NCBI RefSeq assembly: GCF_009914755.1
Contig: NC_060934.1
Length of the DNA: 64,000 nt
Strand: one strand, 5' to 3'
DNA from: the human T2T-CHM13v2.0 reference genome, Homo sapiens
This document shows, piece after piece, positions 13,820 through 30,960 of the stretch (positions are counted from its first letter, which is position 1; the number at the start of each line of letters is the position of its first letter). Under the pieces are notes generated by a model. The model did not search any database. It was not told where the DNA came from and saw only the letters and a list, made by a program, of their open reading frames with translations. Both the position numbers and the translations under genes were made by a program.

Positions 13820-15270
13820 CTACGCGCATGAATGAATGAAGCTACGCTGCGAAGGCAGACTGCGTGGCTGCTGGTCCCGTGGCTGCTGGCCCCGCAGCAT
13901 GTCTGCCGCCTTTTCAGCAGGCTTGCTGCATCTCCTCATTCCCTCACCTTTCTGGCAGTAAGGAGTTCCCACGTTTGCCCCGCTTCAGTGTCGTGGACTG
14001 GCAAAATGCTGTCTCTAAACCCCTCCACGCCTCAGGTAATCCGCTCATTTCTCACACAGACGCAGCTGTTTCCGAGGAATGTCCGGCCGAGCCCGCAGGG
14101 TGCGGGCAGCGAGTATCCTGGGACCTTCAGGGGAGGAGGTGGCTCCCACACCCCAATACCGTACAGAGAGTCCGAAGAGTCCGGGCCCTTATTTTTCCAA
14201 TTCTTGGTAAACAACAAACATGCTCGCCCTCGCCTCCCCGTGCAGACGCCTCAGGGCCAACTCGGGCTTCGCCAGGCACCGAGAGCAGACAGAAGACGCC
14301 AAATGGCTATCACCAGGAGAGAGGGCGAGGCAGCCGCGCGGCGTATAGCGCTCGCCCTTCCCGCGCGCTCGGTCGCCCGACGCCTCACGCGCGAGGTTGC
14401 CTTGGCAGTGGCTGGAGGGCAGGTGGGGGCGCGTGCGCGCAGAAGGGCGGGGGAGGGGCCGCCGCGCGCCAGCAGGTGGGCGCGTTCTCCCGCGCGCGTG
14501 CGCGCGTCGTGCCCTCTCCCTCACGTTCCCCGCGCGCCGCGTCCCCTCCCCGCCGGGAGCGCGCGCCTCCCATCCTCGCGCCGGGTCCTGCTCGGTCTCT
14601 CAGAGCCGCACACTCCGCGGAGCTCCTGCCACAGCCGTCGCCTTCGCGGCGGCTCTCCAGCCCCGCGCCTCAGCCTCGGCGCCGCATCACCGCGTCCCAG
14701 GCCTCCTTCCCTCCCTCTGCCACTCCCCCTCCCTTTCCCGCTCTTCTTGCCCACCCGGCCGGCAGAGAGAGCCTGGATACGAAGCAGGCGGGCTTCAGAG
14801 TGGGTTGGAAAAATGGAGGTGCCGCGCCTGGATCATGCCCTCAACAGCCCCACCAGCCCCTGTGAGGAGGTGATCAAAAACCTCAGCCTGGAGGCCATTC
14901 AGCTGTGCGACCGGGACGGTAAGAGCGGCCGGGACCGCGAGGAAAGGGACAGAGTTCGCGCCGAGGCGCCGGGGCCACTCTGGCTCCGCCGACGCCGCTC
15001 GCCAGGGCGGCAGGGTCTTTTGTTGTCCCCTCTGTGCAAATAAATGCAGATGTGGGTTACCCTCCGCCCACCGCCCTCCCCTCACCCCAGAAACAAAAGG
15101 ACCCCGGGGCTCGCGCCTTGGCGCGGAAAGTAGCCGTCCACAACCGTGGCGCCCTTCGCCGCCTTCGCCCGCCTGGCCCGGACGAGGGCGACGTTCCCGC
15201 TCGCGGCTCCTGCCCCGACGAGGCGTTTCCGATCTTTGCCGCAGTCCGGATTTCCTGGGTCTCTGGGCAC
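13820..15270. promoter_or_regulatory. PHYHIPL: CpG island / PHYHIPL promoter
   Basis: Abrupt GC- and CpG-rich block in AT-rich surroundings. Contains GC box gggcggggg (14445-14453), NRF1-like gcgcgtgcgc (14429-14438 and within 14491-14506) and two CAGGTG E-boxes. Confidence 0.9.
14813..14918 (+). CDS. PHYHIPL: PHYHIPL (phytanoyl-CoA hydroxylase-interacting protein-like) first coding exon, 35 codons + 1 nt
   Basis: ATG in good context (aaaATGg) encodes MEVPRLDHALNSPTSPCEEVIKNLSLEAIQLCDRD(G), which I recognise as the PHYHIPL N-terminus. Phase-1 donor G|GTAAGA at 14918/14919. Confidence 0.93.
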
Positions 15271-15473
15271 TGAAGGGGAAATGCCCTCGGGATGTTTCTA
15301 GCAACCCCCTTCCCCCAACACACACACACTAGTTGGCATTCTCTTCCAGAAACTTATCATTTTCTTTTTTAAACCTCCCATCCTCAGACTCCCCAAATTA
15401 ACAAGTCTTTTTAGCCTCTTGGATTGGGATTAGGATGACAGTTTTTCAGTGAGGGCGCAGAAAAACAGTGCAT

Positions 15474-15494
15474 TTCAGCACCAAGGACAGACAC
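15474..15494 (+). promoter_or_regulatory. RE1/NRSE (REST binding site)
   Basis: TTCAGCACCaaGGACAGacac matches the canonical RE1 TTCAGCACCnnGGACAG with the standard 2-nt spacer. Confidence 0.85.
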
Positions 15495-15516
15495 AATCTT
15501 CATGGTTCCTGGGCTC

Positions 15517-15523
15517 TGAGTCA
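15517..15523. promoter_or_regulatory. AP-1 consensus site
   Basis: TGAGTCA 22 nt downstream of the RE1; short motif, function unproven. Confidence 0.4.
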
Positions 15524-15549
15524 GACTGTCGAAAATATTGGCCTAATAT

Positions 15550-15577
15550 ATGTGCTGTGATTCAGACTTTGTGGCGA
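15550..15577 (+). CDS. PHYHIPL: Candidate alternative first coding exon of PHYHIPL (MCCDSDFVA + 1 nt)
   Basis: ATG, 9 codons + 1 nt, then donor A|GTACGT in the same phase (1) as exon 1. The product would be 26 aa shorter than the exon-1 form, consistent with my recollection of a shorter PHYHIPL isoform. Confidence 0.7.
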
Positions 15578-17799
15578 GTACGTACCATTGCGTGTTGATA
15601 TTATATCGTTTATTCTGTTGTTGAAGTTGGCAGGCTCCTGTGGAAGGAAATTGATTGAATACAGGTCTGAGCGTTGAAGACATAAGCTAGTGCTGTGTGC
15701 GGTGTGGTTAGTTACAGTGCTTCTGGGTTAGCTGGACTAGTTAGAGTCTGCTACTTTAGTAATGTGGTACAAAACTTCATTTGTAAAGAAATCATTTGAT
15801 TAGTAATTGGTTGGCCGAATAATTGTAAAATTCTACATCTGACAAAGGAAACACAGTTCACATGTTGTTAAGAGGGCCCCAAATACTTTTGACTGTAAAT
15901 GAAATTAATGTTTAACTGTATATAGAGGTAATGATTGTAAAACATGTCTTTAACCAAAGTTATGTACAGATACTAATACGCTCACAGTAAGGTCATAAAA
16001 TTTATCAGCCTAATCCAAATAGGGAGCAGAGGTCTTGTTTCCAAAGTCATTTAAATGGTAATCACTTGGTTACGCATTGCTATTCAGCACGTTTATATCA
16101 AGCAAGCACCGAATTTGTTTATTACTAAATTTTATATTTATTAATATAAATTTATATTTAATAATTTTGAAACCAGAATTCAAACTTTTTGAAACCAAAA
16201 CCACTTTAATTTCTGATACAGGTGTAGTATATGAATAAATAAATACGTTTGCAAAGACAGCTTGTATTTCCTTTATTCTTAGACTGTTTTAGTCACCATG
16301 GTAGTAAGTGCACATATTTATGGTATCTAAAAACATTTATCATTTTGGTATTCCATATGTAAGCTTGCATGATTATAGACTGTAAAGATTATTTTTAATA
16401 ACGCATAGGAAGTCATTTGGATTTTAGTTTAGACTTTTATGAAATGACTTTTTGTAATGTAACCATTGCAAGTTGTAAATATTTTTATTTTCTTAGGGTT
16501 GAGAGAAACACAAGACTAATAAAAGTAGACTTCATTTTTATTTATTGCAATGATAAAGCAAAAGCTCATTCTTGTACTCAATGGAATTAGGCATTCATTG
16601 TTGCTCTTCAGAACCCAGTAATCTCAATACTTAAAACCGCATTTACCACGTGTTTCAAAGATATTAGGGAAAATTTAAACTTTTTAATGAAGTTCACAGA
16701 GTTAAGAGAGTGCAAAAAATAATGCTGTATTTACTGTGATCCCCTAGAGGAGTAGCTATTTTATTCTGGTATTATTTTTTAGTTGTTTCTTTTCAAATTA
16801 GGAATCCCACAAAATGAACAAATTATGTAACATTTAATTTTGGGGAGGGTGCTGGCACTAAGTAACATCTATGAAAATTACTATTTGCAGACTTCCAAGT
16901 AATTTACATAGACTAATTAAATAGGGTTTTATTTTATAAAATAGTATACACCAACAAATACAAAGAGCTAACTCTTCTACTAGAAGATGTATAAAATTTG
17001 GAAATACTTTGTTTAGAGATGTTGTTAAATGCTTAACTTATTTTGTTATCCTATCTTACATGTCAATTCCAAAAATATTAACTTGGTTGGCTTCAAAGGG
17101 ATAATTTAGGGGGAATAATGTCGTTTGTTTTTAATAGAACAGCATATGAAATGTTGCATTAAATTTGTCAAACAGACCTTACTTAGCATCATTTTGTATT
17201 GAGAGATTTTCAGCTAGTTGCTTTTTACTCCCTTTGCTTCCCTCCTTTCACTTTCTTTCCACTCAAGTCTCGTTATTTTACTTCTGTAACTATGTAACAT
17301 AGAAAAGGATGTGGCAGAATATGGGACAGAAGATCTATTTTGTGTTTAAGTACCTAATAAGAGCTATATTTCATAATTTATGATAGAATACATTTATTTT
17401 GTTTGCTCTTTTCTCACTTTCTTTTAATCTACTGTTAATTTGGTGATGAAAAAAAATGAGAGAAACATTAATTCCCTGGAAGTGGAATAAAATAGAATAG
17501 GGGAAAGTATAGTTATGTTCTCCAATCAGAGATATTTTTAATTTTATAATGTTTTCATACTGTATCAACCAAGAGTTATGCCTGCTGGTGAACATAACTG
17601 TATATCTCTCTTATGTTTCATTGGATTTTTTTGTTTTTGTTTTTGTCTGTCACTTGCCTATTTTCCTATGAATTGATGATTACATTATAAACAATAATTC
17701 AATTTTTTTCATAGTTTCTAAAAATATTTAATAGTTTCTGAAGAATATGGGTTAGAGTCCACATGGTCATATAATTGGCTTTTCAATTAAGCAAGACAG

Positions 17800-17802
<3 letters not shown>

Positions 17803-17846
<44 letters not shown>
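17803..17846. repeat. (AC)n microsatellite
   Basis: About 22 uninterrupted AC units. Confidence 0.95.
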
Positions 17847-17847
<1 letters not shown>

Positions 17848-18208
17848 CCTCATGGATTGTCTTCCCTAGGCATGTGTACTTTGTTTGCCAGGACCTGGTC
17901 CTTGCCCAGGTATTACTCTGAAAATATACTGTAAATCCAGAGGTTTCTATTCCTATTGCAAGTAGAAGAGTATTTTTGTTTCTCCATCTCTGCTGTGCTG
18001 AAGTATACTCAAATTGCATACATGATGTACTTTTATTATGACTTTTCAAATAAAATGAAAGAGAAAATTTCTTGTTTGGAAACAATAATATGGGAGCCCA
18101 TTTACAGTTTGATAGATACTTCAGACCTTCACTGACCTGTGACAAGACAAAACAGCTCCCACCCCACACACAGAATTTTATATTACTTGTGCTTTTCGTC
18201 TTTTAATC

Positions 18209-18272
18209 ATATATATACACACACACACACACACACATACACACACATATATAATATATATATATAGAAAAA

Positions 18273-18316
<44 letters not shown>

Positions 18317-18323
18317 TTTTTCT
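18209..18323. repeat. Compound (AT)/(AC)/(TA)21 microsatellite
   Basis: Seen directly; includes a perfect palindrome at 18266-18323. Confidence 0.95.
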
Positions 18324-18929
18324 TCCTCGTTGAACAGGAAAGATTTATCTACATGTTGCCTTACATGTATCTAAGCTGCCTCCAGCTTTGTTATAGTAAG
18401 GAAGAAAATACATAATTAATTTGTTTTAAAACATTTAAATCTACCCTCAAGGCTTCGTGGCTTTAACAAATATTATTTTCATGAGTCCGGCACTTTATGA
18501 CTGTCCAGATACGGTATAAACCATAGGGTTTATGATGTAGTCAGCAAGGAAACACATTGGAAAGAAATTACACAGAAGCTAACAGATTTCCTTGTCTTTG
18601 TCTCTAACAATACTTACGTGGAAAAAATGGAGGAAAAAAAGATTTTATCTCTTTTACATATTTAAAAAGATAAATTTCTTTGAATGTTGAGTTTATCAAA
18701 TTTATTTAAATTATAAGTCAATTAAGACCTCACTTATGTTATTGGCATGTGGATTAAACAAATTTTAACTTTGGAAATAAAAAGTAACAAATGCTTAATA
18801 GCACAGTGATGTTAGATAATCCGTAATGGCATTTTCTGAAGCAGACATCTAAGAGGAGTACCCATAACTGTTAACTTTAATAGTCTTTATTACAAGAATG
18901 TAAGGTAGTCATTACTCAGTCTCAGTGAC

Positions 18930-19140
18930 ATGCAGTGTAGCATAGTGATAATACCATTTTAGATCAGACCACCCCTGTTAGAATATTGGCTCTTGAAAGC
19001 CGTGTAACCTTAAATTACTTAACTTGTTTTAGCCTCAAGCTTTCTTATGTAAAGTGGGTATAATACCAATCCTGTAGGATTGTTTAAATAAGTAAAGCAT
19101 TACTTTCATAGAATTTACCAGTGTTGATATTAATACAAAA
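18930..19140 (+). mobile_element. MIR
   Basis: gcagtgtagcatagtg ... aaattacttaacttg..agcctca ... gtaaagtggg MIR core. Confidence 0.6.
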
Positions 19141-20284
19141 TAGACAGTAATAATTATTATTCTGAATGGAATATTGTCCACGTAACTTCTTGAATTGAAC
19201 CACTGCTTTTTAAAATTTCTTTTTTGCCAGTGTCTAGGTCCTTGTCGTTTTTCTTAATTTCAGTTACATGTTATAGGAAATCACTTCAACTTCATGAGTA
19301 ATTACTATAATCTGTAAATTCTGAATTTTAAAGAATAGTAAATTTTGAAATCACAATTATAGTACTCTTATCTTTTACTTCTCTTTTACCATCCTATCAG
19401 TAATATCTTTATCACCTTAGCCCTAAAAATTGTTTTCAGTTTCTAGTTCAAATCTGTCATTTGCTATTTTTCATGTGGCTTGTAACCTTGATGGTTGCTT
19501 TGTTTAGGTATTTGCCTTAGAGCCCTTCTCTGTTCTTAATTTACAATGTTTTTCTTTATTAACTTTTTCCAAGGATAGACATGTACTAGGACACGTAGCA
19601 TGTAGATTAATTTCTTTGGCCCAAATATGACTATAGAGATATTAGTGAGTATGAAACAAAACAAAAATAAAATAAAAACTAAAAGAAACAAAAAATTTGG
19701 AAACCATCAGATTGTATTAAACCAATTCATATTCTTGGTAGGGTTCTAATTCATTCCCAGGGAAGACCAGGAAGTTACTAGAGCAAGTTACATCAAAGGA
19801 TATGTGACCAGACTCCCTCCAGTGGTAGAATGACTGATGTGTTGTATGTTTAACGCTGGCAACTTACTTTGTTGCCTAGGTAGGCCCGGTCAGAAATTCA
19901 CTCTCTATAGAATGCTATTTAGACAACATTCAAATTACTTGGTTTTATCTCTACTGATATTTCTTCCTAAATTAGGCCCAATGTTGCTTTTTCCTCTAAC
20001 TTATGTGAGTATACTTTCCTGATTACTTTTATATTTCATCCTGGGCCTCGATAATAACAGCAGCTATGTCACTCATTGCAGCAAGCATAAATCCTTCTAC
20101 TTTCTGGTTTTCCTTCTCTGCTTTTCTTTAGTAAATGCATAATATAAGTTTTGCCTTGTAGAATGTGCCTCCTTCTTGGATTTATTTTCCATTTCTGTTA
20201 TATTGCTGTATGTGAATCTTTTTATCCTTTATTAATTAAATTCTATTTTTACTATAAAACCTATACCTCCTTTTTAAACTTTAA

Positions 20285-20566
<282 letters not shown>

Positions 20567-22098
20567 AGTAGTTAAACCGTCCTTTGAGCAGACTATATTT
20601 TATATACATACATTTGAGAGTAAAATCAGTGTTTGGAGACAACTTAAATGTATAGAAGAATAGGACAGTCTGAGCAGAAAAAAATAGGTAGAAAGCTTCA
20701 GCATATTCTGTATATGTTAAGGGTAGGGACTGGAAATGGTATATAAGAAACCAAAAAAGAATCATGAGGAATTCATGATGATTGAAATTTCAGGCAACAT
20801 GGAAAGTGATCAGGAGTAACTTCAGGATTTTAAGTCTGGGAAATCTGAAGAATCATTGACAGGAAAGGAGAAAAAGAGAAATAAAATAATTTTTAAACAT
20901 CCTGATGACATTAATTTTTTACATCTCAGATTTTAGGAGCTGGTGAATATCCAAATATGTCCTAAGCACTTTTCTAGAGGCATATCTCTCTCATAGATAT
21001 TGTTTTACCAGGATGATATTATATATACTGCTTTGTCATTATTGTTTCAGTGTGTTTCCCCATGAGATTACCCACTGATATTCTTTTGAGGCTTTTTTTT
21101 TTCTTCATTCTCACTCCTCAAAGGCTATACAAGGTCTGATGATAATACTGTGAGAATCAGTACAATATAAAACTAACCACTTAATAGTTTAGAGAGGATT
21201 GTGAAATAGTGATTTTTGAGCTATCTCCGTAAAGAGATTGTTGAATCTAAGGAGACATTTTTGAGAGATTAGTATAAAGCAAAAAGAATTTTTGAGTTAT
21301 ATGAAGATGTTTCAAATCTAACATTAAGAGAACCCTTAGAAACTTAAAAAGTCAGCAATTCTTGTGTTCTGGGGAAAAGAGTTCTAGAATGGGGAGAATT
21401 GCTCATAGAAACATATATTCCACTAGGGAGACTGGAAATTAAGTGAAAAGGGAAAGGTTAGGATGTAACTTCAGTTTTACAGTGACTTTTAATGTGCTTT
21501 GTATCTCACCCTTTGAGGGAAAGGGGTGGTCACATCCAACTTTAAACAACAAAGATGAAATAAATCTACAACCAGGTTTGTTACAAATGTAACTAAGAGC
21601 TCTGTATTTTGAAGATGCTCAACAGATGTGAGTTGAACCAAGAACGTCATACTTGGAATTGTCGTTAGTTTTGTTTGTTATGTTATGACTATTTGAGCCA
21701 TGTAGTGGCTCATTTAAAAGGGGCTGCTCCGTGGGGATTGTGCATATACACCATTTGTTGTAGTGGTTGTGGCAACTAGTGTAAATAGATCTGTATTTTT
21801 GTTTTCTATAGCCTGTGGGAATGTTGCTCTCTAATAATAGTATGAAAAGCTTATAGTTTCCTTAGACATATGCCAATAAAAACAAGGCATAAAAGATTTT
21901 TCAGTATACTCTGATTTTTTTGAGAAATAGTGTCTCATCTTCCATGAATTTGAATATTGGTGAATCTCTCAGTCTTTAACATTTTAAAAGCTGTTGATAA
22001 ATGCCAACAAGAATTATGTAACTTTTGATCATCTACTGTGCAATAGGTCCAATAGGTCCTTAATGGCTGCATTTTAGAGTTATATCTGTGATGCAGAA

Positions 22099-22324
22099 CA
22101 GGGGCGTGCATGTTATGTTCCCTGGGCAAAATCCATAAGCCTGCTACCTGTTTTGGTAAGTATAATTTTATTGGAATACAGCCATACTCATTTGTTTACA
22201 TACTGTCTATGGCTACTTTCTTGCTACAACAACAGGGCTGAGTAGCTGCAACAGACCACATAGCCCACAAACCTTAAAATACTTATTGTCTAGACCTTTA
22301 TAGGAAAAGTTTGCCAACACCTAG
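22099..22324. mobile_element. MER58A-like hAT-Charlie element
   Basis: ttttattggaatacagccatactcatttgtttacatactgtctatggct ... aaaagtttgccaac. Confidence 0.75.
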
Positions 22325-22584
22325 TGCAGAAGATTGAGACATGAGTTAATCTCTCTTGATAGGAGTAAAAATATTGCAAAGAGAGTTTTTGGGAAAAAAC
22401 TGTGTACTCATCTTACTTTTATATATTTCCAGGGTTTTGCGATTAGGCGAGTCAGGCAGAGAGATGTAGAGACTTGAATAATGTTATCAGGCAGTAAGTT
22501 AGTTCTGTATGGAGTCAGTCAGAGATGGGTGGTCCCCTATACCATTGCATCTGATAGGCAGTGACGGAAACAGGCCCTAGTTTT

Positions 22585-26851
<4,267 letters not shown>

Positions 26852-29800
26852 ACAGGCCCTAGTTTTAACTTGAAATCTAGCCTTCATATAAATAAGTTTA
26901 GAAAGAAATGCTATATATGCACATGCGTTTCCAGGTACACTTATAATTCTATCAATAGATATGTTTTAAAAAGTGTCAAATGTAGTGTGAACTTTGAGAA
27001 ATATGTATAATTATATTGATGCATATTACAAAAATTTATGTAAATATCATATTATTCCTTTGAAACCAAACTCTCCTTAAAAAAGAGTCAAGATCATATT
27101 CATCTTTCTGTCTTCCATAGTCTATCTCAAGCTGTCTGTAAATGACCCTCTTATTTTTCTTTTTTAATTTCCAATCTGTTACAGTCTGAAACTTATTAAG
27201 AACATTGAAAAAGAATTTCTAGAAAAATGAAATTAAAATGATACAAATGAATCCAACAGAAGTAAAATTCACTGTTAAATTGCTTTAAAAGTTTCTAAAT
27301 GCTTAATCCTAATTTTTATATTTAATTTCATCACAGATTGATAGTTTGTAGACTATTGCTTGTGGGTAGACCACATTTTTAAGTAGCACCAGCTAGAGGA
27401 CCATGCCATTCTATTCTTGTTCAATGATTAATTTATAGGAACTTCCCTTAGCCAGTTAAGAGTCTACTTTGTTTTCTTTTGTTCTTCTACTTACTATTTT
27501 TATTATTTATTTTTACATGCATTCCAACTTTAGGTTCTGAATTAAGAACAGGAAAAAAGGACACAAAAATGGATATAACTTGGATTCTGGGTTCAAAGGA
27601 TTTAGGAAGACAATTTATTTTGAGAATCAATATATTTAAGTAGATAATTATAATAATATTTGATAAATACTATAATGGAGTATAGAAGAGAAAGTGGTTA
27701 TTTCTATCTTGAGTCTAAGGAGCAACATTTTATTGAGGGTTAAAAGTAAAATAAAAATTTGCCAGAAGAAAAAGTAGGAGAGGGGTATTTCTGGCTGAGA
27801 TAAGAGAATAAACAAAGGCTTAAAATCATGTATTCTGGGAATGCATAGCATTTGGTATTGCTGGAGGAAAGAAGTGTGCCTGGTGGAAAATTAAGCTGAA
27901 AGCTAGTTGCAGCTAGCTAGGTTATGCCATGATTAGGATTTTGGATTTATTATCTTAGATTTCAAACTTTCTAATTTGTGGAGAACGTTTGTTTTATTAT
28001 ATAACATTGTGTAATAAGTAAAAGTAGCATTTTATTGTGTAATTGTACTATAATTTTATACGTACAGCATTTTTCAAATAGTCAATCAGTGGTATAGTGG
28101 GAATTTAAATTAGCAGCTATGCTTGAAAGTTGCTATTTTATATCAGCTTCAGCATCCACTATATTTCTGTATCTTATTTTTATTGCATTATATTTTGAAA
28201 ATTCTGGTTCATACAAATAAGTGGTGGCAAATTGTAATGTTTTTAAGTCATCTGGCCTTTTCAGGATATTCTTCAAATAAACTGATCAAGACCAAAAAGA
28301 GAAATATTCAGATTTTTGTCAAAGTAGAATAATGAAAGAATAAATGTTTCATTTGAGGGTAAGTGACAGAATCGATTCATCAGTCATTTCATTTTTCATT
28401 GTTTGATGATAAAATTCTGTATCTTGTATCATTCTGAGATATTTATTGATAACATTTTTAAAACTCATACTTTTCTGCTGATTCTGTTAAAATTTCAGAA
28501 CAGTTGATTTATTTTCCTTGCATGATGAATCTTAACTGTAAGAATCAATTTCATTTCTGAAAATTTATTTGCATTATAAGCTTGGTAATATTGTGACTAT
28601 ATTGTCAAATTGAATTTCTTCAGCTTATTAAAGAGCTGGATAATCAAATTGGTTTTCCCTAGTTACTTATATTTGAAAGATACTTATCAGAGTTTTTAAA
28701 AATTACATTTAGAAAGTGTTTCTTGTTTTTCGAAGAATATTTATACCTTGATTCAGGACACCCAGCTAAGTTTGGTATGAAAAATGAGCTTTGAAATTTT
28801 CTGTTCTTAACCTTACAATTAGCTCAGAAAAAAATCCCCGACTTCAGTGTAAAGGATAGTTTAAATGTGATTATCCAAAACTATTTTTTAAATATCTAAA
28901 TATCTAATCCTTATTAGTGTATAATTACTACTTGATGAAATCTGGCAACAACTTTTACAGGAGCTACCATTCCTGTGATTTTTTATGTTATCTATTTTCC
29001 TCAATATAGTTGTCTCAATATTTCTGACAGTTTAGTTAGTGGTGTGTTAAAAATTGGTTTAGACATTAACATTTTCTTCTCCATTGTGTATTGTTTTACG
29101 ATTTCTGAATTTACCTAGTTAAAAAACTTGTGCAAAAGCAAATGTAGAGATCTGACCCATATATATTCTCATTGAGTTAAATTGGAAAGATCTTACATAA
29201 TCTCAGCATTTGAATTAACTAGGTATATGCGATGAATATTTTTTGTATTACATTTTCAGGTATGTACCAATATTTTGTTTCAGTTTTTTGACAGCAGCTC
29301 ACTCATTTAACATTTGTTGCAGTATCAATAATGCAACATTTGATAAGGTTTTCTCTAATTGTGTATGCTTTTGTTCATAGGTGATAACTTTATTCTGATT
29401 ACATTTTAGTCATTAGATTTGCAGTAACTTCAGTCACTGTATGTTTTACTGAAAATTTATGGAATTGTCAGCAACCATATCACTATTTTGCCAAACTTTG
29501 TTATAAAAAACCCAATGAAAAGTTGTCAGTTTTTATCACTACAATGTAAGTCTTAATGATAGATGACTATCATTATATTTTAGCCTTGAGTGACTATTCC
29601 TGAGAGCTTCCAGCATATTTATTTCATTTTGAACATAGTTGCCACTGTGGTCAATATATGCTGAAAACTCAACAGGTACTAATTAATAGTAAGACTTAAT
29701 ATATCTTGAGTCAAATAAGTAACAACATATCCATTTTAAATTTGTCTGTTATTTCCTGTTTTCAGCCAGTTTCATTTCTAGTTTTAGAGATAATTATTTC

Positions 29801-30268
29801 ATTTCCTATACTGGAAAAAGTATAACTTTATCCCAAACAAGAATAACTTTATCAGAATACAATTAGAGAAGAAATATGCAAATTTCATAGTAAACTCTTA
29901 ATCTGTTTAAGAGAGGAAGGGCCAAACAGTTGAACCAGAGCCTTACCTACAACTAATTGAACTCTGCATTCAAATACATAATGTCTTTGTAAAACTTTAC
30001 TTGAGCGTATACTTGCTGGCTTGAATTTAAACAAACACACATGAAACAGAGTTACACCTTTTATTAGCACATGGTGCCATTTTGTGCACTGAGGTAGCAG
30101 GCAAAGTCTTCTTTTGATGTTTACCCAAAATAACAGAGGACAATTTAATATTTGCTATTTGTATTACAGTTTAAAAATAGTTTTAAAATAATTAAAAAGG
30201 AAGTTAAATGATAATGTTTGATACACTTCTCAGTCACCTCTTTATTAAAAAATATTTAAGTCATTGGT

Positions 30269-30440
30269 CAGTGGTTCTCAAAATTTATCACCTAGACGGC
30301 TTACTAAAATAGATTGCTGGGACCCATCCCCTGAGTTTCTGATTCCTTAGATCTGGATGGAGCCCAAGAATTTGCATTTCTAACAAATTTCTAGGGGATG
30401 TTGGTGTTGGTGATCCAGGGTCCAGACTTACAGAAGCAAT
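30269..30440. mobile_element. MER5A-like hAT element
   Basis: cagtggttctcaaa ... gagtttctgattc ... agaatttgcatttctaacaa. Confidence 0.8.
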
Positions 30441-30599
30441 GCTTTTGGTAGCATGACCAAAGAATTTCTTAGGTGGGGAAGAGATATTGGATATTTGTTG
30501 TTTAGATACAGTGTTCTGACATCCATTGGATGAATGAACTGGGATATTGAACTCAAGAGAGTGTAACTACCTAAATGGCAATTATAGATAATAAGTAGG

Positions 30600-30960
30600 A
30601 TTTTTAAGACAAGATAGATAAAAATTAGGGGTGGAATTAAACAACATTTCTGAGACAAAAATCTGTTAACTTTGTGATCAAACTGGAAGTGTGGCATATG
30701 AAAAAGGAGTTGTTGAGGATGACTAAATTTGCTAGATTTGGAGATGGGGTACATTTTGATACCAGCAAATAAAATAGGAATTTTTAACTGGGGGGAATAT
30801 TAAAGAGTAGGCTTGAAGACAAGCGATTACAGTTCTTTCTGGACCAGTTAGATTTCAATATCTGTGGAATATCTAGATGGAAATTTTCAGAAGGCTGTTA
30901 GAAATTTTCATCTGTGTCTCATAGGGAGAGAGTTTGAGAATAAAGATGAAAATTTGGTAG
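30600..30960. mobile_element. L2 fragment
   Basis: Degenerate L2 motifs (ctgtggaatatctagatggaaat); boundaries approximate. Confidence 0.4.

Noticed and set aside
13832-15043. 403-aa ORF as a standalone gene, plus the overlapping 333-aa and antisense ORFs
   Set aside because: Arg/Pro/Ala-rich CpG-island read-through. Only 14813-14918 is recognisable coding sequence, and it ends at a strong splice donor.
16083-16090. Second RE1 (ttcagcac)
   Set aside because: Incomplete left half-site only, with no GGACAG half.
28000-29900. Long repeat-poor AT-rich intronic block as a possible conserved enhancer
   Set aside because: Conservation cannot be judged without alignments, and I see no diagnostic motif.
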